Both the position numbers and the translations under genes were made by a program. Below are positions 8,908 through 18,878 of a stretch of DNA of 46,529 nucleotides, piece by piece. The notes under the pieces are model-generated. The model had not been told where the DNA came from and did no database searches. It saw nothing but the letters and a program-made list of their open reading frames with translations. Numbering within the stretch: the first letter of the stretch is position 1; each line of letters starts with the position of its first letter. The stretch spans positions 1-46,529 of the forward strand of contig JANYBK010000058.1 of assembly GCA_025360805.1 (NCBI GenBank), in the 5' to 3' direction. This DNA is from Methanomicrobiales archaeon (GTDB taxonomy: Archaea; Halobacteriota; Methanomicrobia; Methanomicrobiales; Methanospirillaceae).

Positions 8908-10434
8908 ATGGTGAAAAAACGTGAGGATCGGCAAAAAGGAAAAAAAATGGGAGGAGATACCGAATGTAATCTTGACGGGGATTACCACTCCCCGATCCTG
9001 TCATTCCGGGATATCAATGTTGAAAATATTAAATCTGTGGTAGTTAACAGTCGCTATGCACAATCCCTCATCATTCTGACCATTCTTGGTTTTTTCCTCA
9101 GGTTTTACAATCTCGGGTTCAACTCGCTCTGGCTAGATGAAGCTTCTACGAATACGTTTGCTGTAATGTCAATTCCCGACATCTGGAAAGCGACTGCGGG
9201 GGGGGAGTTCAACCCCCCTCTGTTCTACTGGATCGAGCATGTCATGCTCATGTTTGGGAACAATGAAGTAGTACTCAGGTTTGTTCCCGCACTCCTCGGG
9301 GTACTGACCATTCCGCTGATCTATTTTGCAGGAAAGGAATTCATGGATCGTAATGTCGGGATTATTGCCGCAGCAGCATTTGCATTTTCACCTTTCCTGA
9401 TCTTTTATTCGCAGGAAGCCCGGGCATACTCGATGATGCTCTTTTTTGTGGCATTTGCCATGGTCTTCTACTTCAAAGCCTTAAAAACAAATGAGTTGAA
9501 AGACTGGGCCCTGTTTGGCATACTCTCAGCACTTGCGTTCTGGTCGCACTTCTATTCGTTTGTCATTATCGCCTCTCTTATCCTTTATGCACTTTTCCTT
9601 CAGATTGGAAACATCAAGAAAAACATCAAGAATCTTAAAATGATTGCATTATCAATTGTTTTGTTTGTTGTTCTCTGTTTTCCCCTCATTCTGCTTGCAA
9701 TCCAGCTCTTCGCAACCCGGACATCCACAGCTCCAACCTTTGGTATCCAGGGACTGGGTATCATCAGCGAAACCTTCAGGCAGCTCTCCGGCTTTTCTGA
9801 CATCCCGATGTTCCTGTTTCTTATTCTCTTTATAATCGGCATTGTCCAGGCATTCCTTATTGATAAAAACAAAGGATTCTTTTTAGTGGCACTCACTGTT
9901 CTTACGTTTGTCATAAGCTTTATTCTTTCCTACAAAATGCCGATGCAACCCCGCTACCTGATCTTTTTCAACACGGTTTTTTTCCTCGGTGTTGCAGTAT
10001 CCTATAAGATGTTTTACAGTCTCATCAATAACCGTGCGGTAGTCTATGGTTTTATTGCACTCCTCGTCATTGTCAACGCCCCTGTGCTTGTGGACTATTA
10101 TAAAGGGTATTCAAAAGAGGACTGGAGAGGTTTTTCCGGCCAGATTCAGCAGATGACAAAACACGGTGATCTTGTCGTTGTAGTTCCGGGCTACATCTCC
10201 CAACCGCTCAATTATTACTATGCGAATGCATCAGATCAAACGTTTGAGTTTGGTGCAAATACCGGAAAAGAACTTGAAGCGATTAATGCAGGTAAAGGAA
10301 ATAATACCGCATTTTTCATTGTCACCGGAGATATCAGTTCGGCAAATCCGAATGGCGATGCGATCGCATGGTTAAATACGTACACAAAACCTCTCGGGCA
10401 GAACACCGGGATCTATCTCTTTGTTTCAGCTTAG
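8908..10434 (+). CDS. Polytopic GT-C glycosyltransferase (PMT/GT39/ArnT-like)
   Basis: LRFYNLG-SLWLDEA, NPPLFY, YSQEARAY and PRYL motifs; many TM helices. Confidence 0.85.
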   Translation: MVKKREDRQKGKKMGGDTECNLDGDYHSPILSFRDINVENIKSVVVNSRYAQSLIILTILGFFLRFYNLGFNSLWLDEASTNTFAVMSIPDIWKATAGGEFNPPLFYWIEHVMLMFGNNEVVLRFVPALLGVLTIPLIYFAGKEFMDRNVGIIAAAAFAFSPFLIFYSQEARAYSMMLFFVAFAMVFYFKALKTNELKDWALFGILSALAFWSHFYSFVIIASLILYALFLQIGNIKKNIKNLKMIALSIVLFVVLCFPLILLAIQLFATRTSTAPTFGIQGLGIISETFRQLSGFSDIPMFLFLILFIIGIVQAFLIDKNKGFFLVALTVLTFVISFILSYKMPMQPRYLIFFNTVFFLGVAVSYKMFYSLINNRAVVYGFIALLVIVNAPVLVDYYKGYSKEDWRGFSGQIQQMTKHGDLVVVVPGYISQPLNYYYANASDQTFEFGANTGKELEAINAGKGNNTAFFIVTGDISSANPNGDAIAWLNTYTKPLGQNTGIYLFVSA

Positions 10435-10453
10435 CCGCCTCGTGTGAACCACC

Positions 10454-11560
10454 ATGTACGACCTTACGGTGATCATCCCCACCTTTAAAGAAGAGGCAAA
10501 TATCCGGAACATTATCACTGAAGTGGATGCAGTTTTCAAGCGGAATGATCTCAATGGTGAGATTCTTGTTGTCGATGATAACTCTCCTGACGGGACCATT
10601 TCGATTGTTAATGAAATTAAAAATACAAAATCCAATGTAAATATTATTGTTCGTCTGGAGGATCACGGACTTTCACAATCGGTGGCGGAAGGATTTGTTC
10701 AGGCATCCTCAGACATTCTTGTTGTGATTGATGCAGATCTCTCACATCCCCCTGCTCTAATCCCAACCATGTATCGTGAGATTGTGGGAGGGTACGACAT
10801 TGTCATCGGAAGCAGGTATATGGATGGAGGCGGGATAAAAAAATGGCCGCTCAAACGCCGGGTAATCTCACTGGGAGCTACTTTTTTAGGGCGCCTGCTA
10901 TTTCCTGATGTCTCGGATCCGGTTAGTGGTTTTTTTGCCATCAGAAAAAGTGTTGTTGCAAATGCTCAATTAAAACCCCGCGGTTATAAAATTCTGCTTG
11001 AGGTGCTTGGTAAGGGAAACTGGGAAAAGGATAAGGAGATTCCTTTCGAATTTGTGGACCGGGAAATTGGTTCGAGCAAACTGAAACTAAAAACCATTAT
11101 TGAGTATGGCCAGCAGGTTATCGATATCACGTTCTTTTCATTTTTGCATCACGAGAGTGCGGCGTGGAGAGAATGGAAGCGGGTGTTTAAGTTTGGATTG
11201 GTGGGGTTGTCCGGGATTGTCGTGAACATGGGGGTGCTATGGTACCTGACGGAGTTCGTTGGTTTTTATTATCTTGTCTCCAGCCTGTTTGCGATTGAAT
11301 TAGCCATCCTTAACAATTTCGTGTGGAATGATCTCTGGACATTTAAGGCAGGAGCATCTCATAAACTATCCAGCCCGTGGCACCGTCTCATCTCCTTTCA
11401 TGTGGTATCAGCCGGAGGGCTTGTTATCAACATGGGAATCCTGTACTTGCTGACAAGTGTTGGGGGGGTTTATTATCTCATCTCCAATATCATCGGTATT
11501 TTGGTGGGGTTCGGATGGAATTTCATGGTGAATAGAAGAGTTACGTGGACAAGGAAATGA
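10454..11560 (+). CDS. GT2 polyprenol/dolichol-phosphate glycosyltransferase with a C-terminal GtrA-like domain
   Basis: IIPTFKE, VVDDNSPDGT, DADLSHPP, IGSRY and DPVSGFF motifs, followed by a 4-TM GtrA domain (KFGLVG...NF.WN..WTF). Confidence 0.9.
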   Translation: MYDLTVIIPTFKEEANIRNIITEVDAVFKRNDLNGEILVVDDNSPDGTISIVNEIKNTKSNVNIIVRLEDHGLSQSVAEGFVQASSDILVVIDADLSHPPALIPTMYREIVGGYDIVIGSRYMDGGGIKKWPLKRRVISLGATFLGRLLFPDVSDPVSGFFAIRKSVVANAQLKPRGYKILLEVLGKGNWEKDKEIPFEFVDREIGSSKLKLKTIIEYGQQVIDITFFSFLHHESAAWREWKRVFKFGLVGLSGIVVNMGVLWYLTEFVGFYYLVSSLFAIELAILNNFVWNDLWTFKAGASHKLSSPWHRLISFHVVSAGGLVINMGILYLLTSVGGVYYLISNIIGILVGFGWNFMVNRRVTWTRK

Positions 11561-11670
11561 TATCTTATCGATCACAGTTTTATGCGCATTGACAGAAGAT
11601 TTTTGAGAGTATTTCTACAAGTGTTACAAACGCGCATCTTCAATAAGTAAACAGGAATGGAGATTTCGGT

Positions 11671-12996
11671 ATGGGAAAAAAAAATAAAATTGATGTTGAA
11701 CCATCAGAAAAAAAAGGTAAAAAGGGTAAGATCCCGTTGAGTTTTCTGAATGTTGAGTTTGGAAATGTCGATCTACAGACCGTCAAGCGCCATCTGCTGA
11801 TTTTAATACTTGCCTCCATCTTGACAAAATTTATAGTCATATTTGTAACTACGTCGGTGTTTCATTCATTCATTGACTTTTTCGATATTGGGACCTATTT
11901 CGAACATGCGATCCCGCTTATGGAAGGACAATTACCATACATCAACTACCAGATCGAATATCCGATTTTATTATTTATCCCAATCGCCCTCGCATTTATT
12001 CCTGCTATGATTTTGCAGAGCCAGATGGCCTTTGTTTTATCATTCCAGATTTTCATGGTATTGTGCGATATACTCATCGTGATCTGCGTCTACTTTATCG
12101 GATTGAAGATTTGGAGTGAGAAGATCGCATTTTTCGGAGGTCTTTTCTATGCAACAGCATTTTCCACAGCTTATTTTGTATTAACAAAGTCTGATGCATT
12201 TCCGACATGCATTCTTATGGTAGCCCTTCTTTTTACTATATATGGCATGAACACAAAGGGATACATCTCTGCAACGCTGGGCTTTTTCACAAAAATTTTC
12301 CCGGCAATCGCACTCCCGTTCATGGTTTTATACAATGCGAAATCCACCTCGCTCAAAACAGAGCTGATATCTGCCGGGAAAATATTTCTCCTATTCTGCA
12401 TTTTTTTACTATTACCGTTTGCTCTCATCAACCCCAAAGTCATCAGCACGTATCTTTTTGCAACTGGTGGCAGCCTCGGGGTGTATGTGAATACCGCAAC
12501 CTTCACCTTTTATTCTTACCTCCATGATGTTTTCCATTTGGGAATCACACCAGCATCCGTATCAATGGTCATGTATGTTCTGATGGGCATCACTCTCCTA
12601 CTCCTCTTGTACTTTGCGTATGCAGAAAGTGAAAAAAATCCAAAAAATCTGATAAAGTTGGTGTTATGTGCAATTTTTAGTCTGGTCTTTTTCACAAAAT
12701 TCCATAGTCCTCAGTACCTTGTCTGGTTTACACCTCTCCTCGCCCTGCTCGTTGCTGACGATATAGTAAAGATTGTATTATTCTACATCACCCAGATTTT
12801 TGCATATATTGAGTTTCCCTTGATGTTTGGAAAATATTATGTAAATCTTAACTATATTAACCCCGTGGGTTCTGCGGATTGGTATCTTACGCTTTGTTTT
12901 TTTACCTTGGAATACATTGCGTTTATCCTCCTGCTGTACTCCATCATCAGACCAAAGGAGGGAATGATTAGTTGGACGAAATTTTTATCCAGATAA
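11671..12996 (+). CDS. Polytopic membrane glycosyltransferase-like protein (GT87/DUF2029-like GT-C)
   Basis: GQLPY, EYP, KIFP and SPQYLVW motifs with about 11 hydrophobic segments; located in the glycosylation cluster. Confidence 0.7.
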   Translation: MGKKNKIDVEPSEKKGKKGKIPLSFLNVEFGNVDLQTVKRHLLILILASILTKFIVIFVTTSVFHSFIDFFDIGTYFEHAIPLMEGQLPYINYQIEYPILLFIPIALAFIPAMILQSQMAFVLSFQIFMVLCDILIVICVYFIGLKIWSEKIAFFGGLFYATAFSTAYFVLTKSDAFPTCILMVALLFTIYGMNTKGYISATLGFFTKIFPAIALPFMVLYNAKSTSLKTELISAGKIFLLFCIFLLLPFALINPKVISTYLFATGGSLGVYVNTATFTFYSYLHDVFHLGITPASVSMVMYVLMGITLLLLLYFAYAESEKNPKNLIKLVLCAIFSLVFFTKFHSPQYLVWFTPLLALLVADDIVKIVLFYITQIFAYIEFPLMFGKYYVNLNYINPVGSADWYLTLCFFTLEYIAFILLLYSIIRPKEGMISWTKFLSR

Positions 12997-13108
12997 TAAC
13001 CTTAAAAAAGAATAATTATCACAAATGCCATAACGATTCATATCAAACAAGATTGAACACAGAAAAAAAGGTAATCAGAAATCATTAATCAACTATTCAG
13101 GGGGAATT

Positions 13109-14173
13109 ATGAAAGTTGCAATAGCAGCAGGAACAAGACCGGAATTTATTCAGGTTGAACCAATCATTCGCGAACTGGTTGGACGGAGTATTGAATATAT
13201 ATTCATTCATTCTGGTCAGCACTACGATTATGATATGGATAAAATCTTTTTTGAAGAGATGCATGTGCCCGATCCCACCCATTATCTGGGGATCGGTTCT
13301 AAGCTTCCCGGTGAGCAGATTGGTGAGATGATCACAAAGTCCGAATCAATCTTACGTGAAGAAAAACCGGATATCCTCCTTGTTACAGGAGATACAAATA
13401 CAGCCCTTGGCGTTGCTCTTGCAGCAAATAAATCTAAGATTAGAGTAGGTCACTTTGAAGCCGGGATGCGAAGTTTCGATCGATCCATGCCAGAAGAAAT
13501 TAACCGGGTAATAATCGATAATTTTTCAGATGTTCTTTTTTCCCCAACAAAAAGAGGTATTCAGAACCTGAATGACAATGGTATTCACGATAATGTTTTT
13601 CTTGTTGGGGATGTGATGCTAGATTCTATAACCTACTACTGGAAGTTGATCGAAAATACATCGAGAACTCTTAAAGAATTATCCCTTACAAAAACCCCTT
13701 ATCTCCTCCTCACTCTTCACCGGGAAGCAAATACCGATAATAAGGAACGATTAAAAAATATTCTTGATGCGATATCTTCTGTTTCGTATCCTGTAATTTT
13801 CCCGATTCATCCGCGGACAAAGCAGAAAATTAAAAGTTTTAATATCCAGATACCGGAAAACATTCACGTGATCACCCCAGCAGGGTATTTTGAATTTCTG
13901 CGGCTGATATATCATTCAGAAAAACTCTTAACTGATTCTGGTGGAGCTCAAAAACAGGCATTTTTCCTCTCAAAACCCTGCATCACGTTACGACCTAATA
14001 CCGAATGGGTGGAAACAACAGAGAGCGGATGGAATATCCTTGTTGATGACAACCCGGAACAAATAATTGAGGCGGTTTCAAACTTTAATCCTCAAGGCTC
14101 TCCTGATCTGTCGCCTTTTGGGAATGGGGAAAGTTCACGTAAAATAATTGATACAATCGTTTCAAAATTTTAG
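13109..14173 (+). CDS. wecB: UDP-N-acetylglucosamine 2-epimerase (non-hydrolysing) family
   Basis: GTRPE, HSGQHY, GDT, HFEAGMRS, PEEINR, TLHRE, HPRT and TDSGG motifs. Two conserved residues differ (see findings). Confidence 0.88.
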   Translation: MKVAIAAGTRPEFIQVEPIIRELVGRSIEYIFIHSGQHYDYDMDKIFFEEMHVPDPTHYLGIGSKLPGEQIGEMITKSESILREEKPDILLVTGDTNTALGVALAANKSKIRVGHFEAGMRSFDRSMPEEINRVIIDNFSDVLFSPTKRGIQNLNDNGIHDNVFLVGDVMLDSITYYWKLIENTSRTLKELSLTKTPYLLLTLHREANTDNKERLKNILDAISSVSYPVIFPIHPRTKQKIKSFNIQIPENIHVITPAGYFEFLRLIYHSEKLLTDSGGAQKQAFFLSKPCITLRPNTEWVETTESGWNILVDDNPEQIIEAVSNFNPQGSPDLSPFGNGESSRKIIDTIVSKF

Positions 14174-14219
14174 GGTTGTTGTGGCTCTACTATTATTCCA
14201 TATTGATAAAATATAAAAA

Positions 14220-15251
14220 TTATCCAGAAGATGATCCCTCTTTAATGTACCAGCGCACATATTTTTCAATACCTTTCTTAATATCAATTTTCGGTGTGAA
14301 ACCAAGGCTCTTTTTTGCAAGGGAGATGTCTGCTGCAAACCGCATCACTTCCCCTGGTCGTTTAGGAAGGTGAATCGGGCTCATATCTTTTAAATCCCTG
14401 TCCGTTTCCTTGGCAACGGTATCAATAATAATCCTTGCAAGATCATTGACACTCGTTTCTTTACCGGTTCCGAAGTTGATTGCAGTACCGAACATATCCA
14501 GATTTTCCCATTTGTTGATAATGAGTGAGTATGCTGCGATAAGATCGTCGATATAGTGAAAATCCTTTGTCTGAACACCGTTTCCGTAGATTGTAGGCGG
14601 ACAATTGTTCATTACCTGAGAAACAAATTTTGGTATTACTGCTGAGTAACCCTTCATTCTCTGGTTTGGCCCATACGTGTTGAACTGCCTGAGAATGATG
14701 ATCGGCAAATTGTACACATGGTGATATGAGGAACAGAGGCGGTCTGCAGCTGCCTTTCCCGCTGCATAGGGTGATTGCGGGTTGAATGGATGGTTTTCAT
14801 CCATTGGCATATACTGTCCGGTTCCGTAGACTTCAGAGGAGGAAGCGTATAACATCAGCTTCAGGGGATCCCGGCGGGTCATAGCCCTCCTCACCGCTTC
14901 AAGTACATTCTGGGTTCCACGTGTGTGCACTTCAAAACTGGGTACGGGATTGTCTATTGATTCTTCCCAGTGCACCTGAGCAGCCAGATGGAAAACCATG
15001 TCAACATTATTTACCAGTCTGTCAACCAGTTTAAAGTCCATTACAGAGCCATTTACAAAATAGAAATTTGGTGAATAGTTGTAGCAAGCCCGGATGTTAT
15101 CAGTAGTGCTTCGGGAGAGATCATCAAGGACAATGACTCTGTGTCCGTTTCTAAGGAGAAATTCGGTTAAATTACTGCCAATAAAACCTGCCCCCCCTGT
15201 AATTAATACCGTTTCTTTGTGCATGATGTGACCTTTTTCCTGTTTATTCAT
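14220..15251 (-). CDS. NAD-dependent nucleotide-sugar epimerase/dehydratase (extended SDR)
   Basis: TGGAGFIGS, HLAA, SSSEVYG, YAAGK (YxxxK) and NTYGP motifs. The start could be the second Met. Confidence 0.9.
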   Translation of the reverse strand: MNKQEKGHIMHKETVLITGGAGFIGSNLTEFLLRNGHRVIVLDDLSRSTTDNIRACYNYSPNFYFVNGSVMDFKLVDRLVNNVDMVFHLAAQVHWEESIDNPVPSFEVHTRGTQNVLEAVRRAMTRRDPLKLMLYASSSEVYGTGQYMPMDENHPFNPQSPYAAGKAAADRLCSSYHHVYNLPIIILRQFNTYGPNQRMKGYSAVIPKFVSQVMNNCPPTIYGNGVQTKDFHYIDDLIAAYSLIINKWENLDMFGTAINFGTGKETSVNDLARIIIDTVAKETDRDLKDMSPIHLPKRPGEVMRFAADISLAKKSLGFTPKIDIKKGIEKYVRWYIKEGSSSG

Positions 15252-15416
15252 GGAAGAAAATTAACAATTCATTCATTATTAGGGGAAGACAGAAATATAA
15301 ATATTGTTAAAACAAAAAATTCCGCCAATTTCCTGCTTTTCGATAATAAAGTCGTTTAAATCTTCAAGGTCTCTTTCAAAAGGTTCAAACCTCAGAATTA
15401 TCGGGAGTGCCGGTGT

Positions 15417-16151
15417 TCACTGCCATTTTCGCCTGAGATACTTCGACTTGAAAATTTTGGAGAGGATCCGCAGGTTGTTCACGACCTCCTTTTTCACGTT
15501 CAGCTTAGACTCGCCAAACTCCCGCGTGTAGACTTTCACTCCGATCTCGTGCACGGACTTCCCGTTCAGGATAAGTTTTGAGATGATCTCGGCACAGATC
15601 TCAAAATTGTTGCTCTCAAGGGTCAGCTCATCAAGCGCTCCTTTATTATAGAGCCGGAAGATCGCACTGACGCATGTAAGGTCGTCATGCAGGAGTGCCC
15701 GGTAAAGAAAATTAACGGATTTGCTGATGAAGAGCCTAAACGGTGAGGAGATCTCCTTTGCGAGATCCTTTCCCCGGTAGGGAGATGCAGAGATGCAGTC
15801 AGCACCGGTCGCGCGGTAAGCGGCCAGCAGTTTTTCGATATCTTCCGGACGGTATGTGAGATCGGAGTCCATCATGATGACCAGATCACCCTTACAATAT
15901 GTGAGTCCGGTTCTCACTGCCATCCCCATGCCCTTGTTCACGCCATGGGGAACAACAACCACATTCTTCTGTCTCTCTTTGAGCTTGTTGAGTTCATCGA
16001 GTGTCGTATCCCTGCTCCCATCATCCACAAGGATGTATTCGCAGGTCTCCCCGTATCGCTCCATGATCGGCCCGGCAACAGGAAAGAGCCGTTCCGGGTA
16101 GAGGCGGGCATTCTCCGCCTCATTGAAGAGGGGTATGATGATGGATATCAT
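15417..16151 (-). CDS. GT2 family glycosyltransferase (polyprenol-phosphate glycosyltransferase-like)
   Basis: IIIPLFNE, VDDGSRD, NKGMG, MDSDL and REFGESK motifs; 4-bp overlap with the upstream membrane gene. Confidence 0.88.
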   Translation of the reverse strand: MISIIIPLFNEAENARLYPERLFPVAGPIMERYGETCEYILVDDGSRDTTLDELNKLKERQKNVVVVPHGVNKGMGMAVRTGLTYCKGDLVIMMDSDLTYRPEDIEKLLAAYRATGADCISASPYRGKDLAKEISSPFRLFISKSVNFLYRALLHDDLTCVSAIFRLYNKGALDELTLESNNFEICAEIISKLILNGKSVHEIGVKVYTREFGESKLNVKKEVVNNLRILSKIFKSKYLRRKWQ

Positions 16152-17095
16152 TCAGGAACTCCGCTGTACTGGTCTGCAGCAAATTTCGAGAAGACGAACC
16201 CGAGGATCAGGACAAAATACATCGAGATCAGCCGGTCTGTGAGTACTATCGCCATGGCATCTGTTGAGGCAACACCGAGGAGGATCAGGAAATAACCAAG
16301 GGATGCCTCCATCACGCCTACACCGAGCGGAATCTGGGATGCCAGCCCTGCGATGATCGAGAGGCAGAAAAAGATTGTAAGCAGGACGGGGTTTAAGGAG
16401 TATCCGAAAGCAAGGGCAACCACCCAGAGGCGTACGAATTCAGAGCCGAGCGAGAAGACGGTAATGATGAACACACCAAAAATATCCCTGAATGGTAGCT
16501 TCCGTATCTTAAAATCTGCTGGGATCTTTTTGAGGAAGGGAATACGGGTGGAGTACCTCTCCAAGAGCGAGAGGAAGTAATCTGCCTTGTAGTAAAAGAA
16601 TAAGAGAAGAAGGAGAATTACTGCGGTCACTTCTAGGATGATAACGGTTATCCCTTTCAGCTCTATGAACACAATGGCAGAAGCTGCAAGGAAGAGGATC
16701 ATTAATTCAAAGAAACGCTCGTAAAAGATCATGGAAATACCGTCAAAAAAACTCATGGCATAACATTTCTGCATATAATAAGCCTTGTAGAGATCCCCGA
16801 TTTTCCCGGGGGTGATATTTGCATAAAAAAGACTTGCTATACTTACAAGGGAGGCATCATGCCAACTGATTGTTGTATTGTACTTTTCACTTAAGAATTT
16901 CCAGCGATATACCCTAAGCGCGATTGTACTCAGCGATAAAAAAAATGCAAGAATAATTAGAGGAATAATAACGCTAAACAAGATCTGGTAATTTTCAATT
17001 ATCCCAGACCTTAAGATTACATACACAAGAATCAATAATCCGATCAGTAACATGACAATCTGAAGGAATTTTCTGTTATTTTTTATTGATTCCAT
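16148..17095 (-). CDS. Flippase-like membrane protein (lysylphosphatidylglycerol synthase TM / UPF0104 family)
   Basis: RW, NITPGKIGD, ER, PLGVGVME and DR motifs; about 8 TM helices. Confidence 0.8.
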   Translation of the reverse strand: MESIKNNRKFLQIVMLLIGLLILVYVILRSGIIENYQILFSVIIPLIILAFFLSLSTIALRVYRWKFLSEKYNTTISWHDASLVSIASLFYANITPGKIGDLYKAYYMQKCYAMSFFDGISMIFYERFFELMILFLAASAIVFIELKGITVIILEVTAVILLLLLFFYYKADYFLSLLERYSTRIPFLKKIPADFKIRKLPFRDIFGVFIITVFSLGSEFVRLWVVALAFGYSLNPVLLTIFFCLSIIAGLASQIPLGVGVMEASLGYFLILLGVASTDAMAIVLTDRLISMYFVLILGFVFSKFAADQYSGVPE

Positions 17096-17230
17096 AGTTC
17101 ACCGCAGGCACAAATTTTGAACGACTCACTATCATTGGCACCCGATTTATTATATCTCAATCGGTGATTCAATCCCATTACACAAATTGCATAAACCCTC
17201 ATATCCTCCTACAACCAAATTGTTGTCATC

Positions 17231-18205
17231 ATGTCCAACCTCACCATCGCAATCCTCGCCCCCCCGGACTACTCCAAAGATCTGGGAAAGAGAGGCACAG
17301 TAAGCGATATCACCTTTTATAACCTGAAAAAAGGCGACGCCACCGTCACCTTCATAGAACCGACCCGGTACCCGGAGAAACTATCTTCACTGTTTTACAC
17401 CGTATCCATATCCGACCGGGTGGTCCTTGTCGTTGACGAGATTAATGCTAACTTCGGTGAATGTGTGCTGATGCTCCAGTGTGCCGGCAAGTCCACAGGT
17501 TATCTCATCTTAAAAAATTATATCACACCGGATCAGATCGCCCCGCTCATCAAAGGCACGGTGCTTGAGCACTATGAAGTGATTGAAGAAGACATCGTCG
17601 GGCTCCGCGAGAAGATGCTTGAGATTTCTGTAAAACAAACCGCTCACCAGAAACCACACGAAACAGCAGGAAAAGGATCCGTACCGGTTGATGCCCACTT
17701 CAATGTGAAAGGAGTCGGCGTAGTTGTGCTTGGCTTTGTCGCACAGGGAACGATAAAAAAGCACGACACACTAAAAGTCCTTCCCACGGAAAAAACCATT
17801 CAGATCCGTTCCATCCAGAAGCACGATGATGATGCCGACAATGCAATTGCCGGCGATCGTGTTGGTCTTGCCCTGAAAAATATCGAATCCGAAGATCTCG
17901 ACCGTGGTTTTGTCCTGACCAACGATCCCGCAATAAAACACGCCACAACAATCTCCGGAAAAGCCCAGATCGTGAAATACTGGCCCGCCCCGCTCAAGGA
18001 AGGCATGGTGCTGTACGCCGGTCACTGGATGCAGTTCCTCCCCACGCGTCTGGAAAAAATTACCGTTGAGAATGACTGGAGGATGCCGACCATCACTTTA
18101 ACCCTGGAAAAAGCGCTGGTATATCCACCCGGTGCACGGGTGGTGCTGCATTACCTTGAAGGTGGCAAACTCCGTGTGGTTGGGTCGCTCACACTCCTGG
18201 AATGA
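17231..18205 (+). CDS. Archaeal SelB-like / EF-Tu domain 2 protein with a degenerate GTPase domain
   Basis: EF-Tu/SelB domain II motifs (VDAHFNVKGVGVVVLG, IRSIQKHD, GDRVGLALK, LDRG). The N-terminal LGKRGTVSDIT lacks a canonical P-loop. Confidence 0.8.
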   Translation: MSNLTIAILAPPDYSKDLGKRGTVSDITFYNLKKGDATVTFIEPTRYPEKLSSLFYTVSISDRVVLVVDEINANFGECVLMLQCAGKSTGYLILKNYITPDQIAPLIKGTVLEHYEVIEEDIVGLREKMLEISVKQTAHQKPHETAGKGSVPVDAHFNVKGVGVVVLGFVAQGTIKKHDTLKVLPTEKTIQIRSIQKHDDDADNAIAGDRVGLALKNIESEDLDRGFVLTNDPAIKHATTISGKAQIVKYWPAPLKEGMVLYAGHWMQFLPTRLEKITVENDWRMPTITLTLEKALVYPPGARVVLHYLEGGKLRVVGSLTLLE

Positions 18206-18223
18206 ATTATCCCATCTCCCCGC

Positions 18224-18230
18224 TTTTTTT
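18224..18230 (+). terminator. Putative archaeal oligo-T terminator
   Basis: T7 run starting 19 bp after the stop of the SelB-like gene. Confidence 0.35.
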
Positions 18231-18295
18231 ATGATTCTCATCACATTCCCCAATGATCTTATCTTCAGGAACGATCATCACTATTCTGAGTAACA

Positions 18296-18865
18296 ATGTT
18301 TGAGAGTCTTATTGGATGGATTGTTCCTGGAATTATCGTCCTTGTGATCATAGGATTGATCTTCTGGATCATCGGCATATACAACCGCTTTGTCAGCCTA
18401 AGGAACTCCTCTGAAGCTACCCTCGGCCAGATCCGGGTCGCCATGAAGAAGCGGCTCGACATGATCGAGCAACTCCTCGGTTCAGTGAAGAGCTATGCCA
18501 AATTTGAAAAAGAAACCTTAGAGAAGGTCACCGCAATGCGGGCAAGCGTTGCGACTGCAGGACCCGGAGACCTGAACAAAGTTGAGGCAGAATCCCGCTC
18601 GATCTTCGGCAGGCTTCTTGCAGTAGCAGAAAACTACCCCGATCTCAAGACCGCTGGTACGGTCATGAGCATGATGGACGCGGTCAAGAATCTCGAAGAT
18701 GAGATCGGACGGCAGCGTTACACCTTTAACAACATCTCGCAGGAATTCAATACAATGATGGAAACCATCCCCTCGAATTTCGTAGCTAAGTTCATGGGTC
18801 TTATCAAACTCGAGTACCTGCAATTCGAAGACGCGATCAAAACTCCCCCAAAGATAGAATTCTGA
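18296..18865 (+). CDS. lemA: LemA family protein
   Basis: N-terminal TM helix, YNRFV, YAKFEKETL, AVAENYPDLK and ETIPSNFVA motifs. Confidence 0.92.
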   Translation: MFESLIGWIVPGIIVLVIIGLIFWIIGIYNRFVSLRNSSEATLGQIRVAMKKRLDMIEQLLGSVKSYAKFEKETLEKVTAMRASVATAGPGDLNKVEAESRSIFGRLLAVAENYPDLKTAGTVMSMMDAVKNLEDEIGRQRYTFNNISQEFNTMMETIPSNFVAKFMGLIKLEYLQFEDAIKTPPKIEF

Positions 18866-18878
18866 TGAGGCAATTGTC

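Noticed and set aside
8404-8988. 194-aa minus-strand ORF spanning the NDT gene end and the GT-C start
   Set aside because: It overlaps two supported plus-strand genes and has no recognisable motifs.
17231-18205. Evidence for selenocysteine or pyrrolysine recoding
   Set aside because: The SelB-like protein lacks an intact G domain, and no gene in the window appears split by an in-frame TGA/TAG needing read-through.
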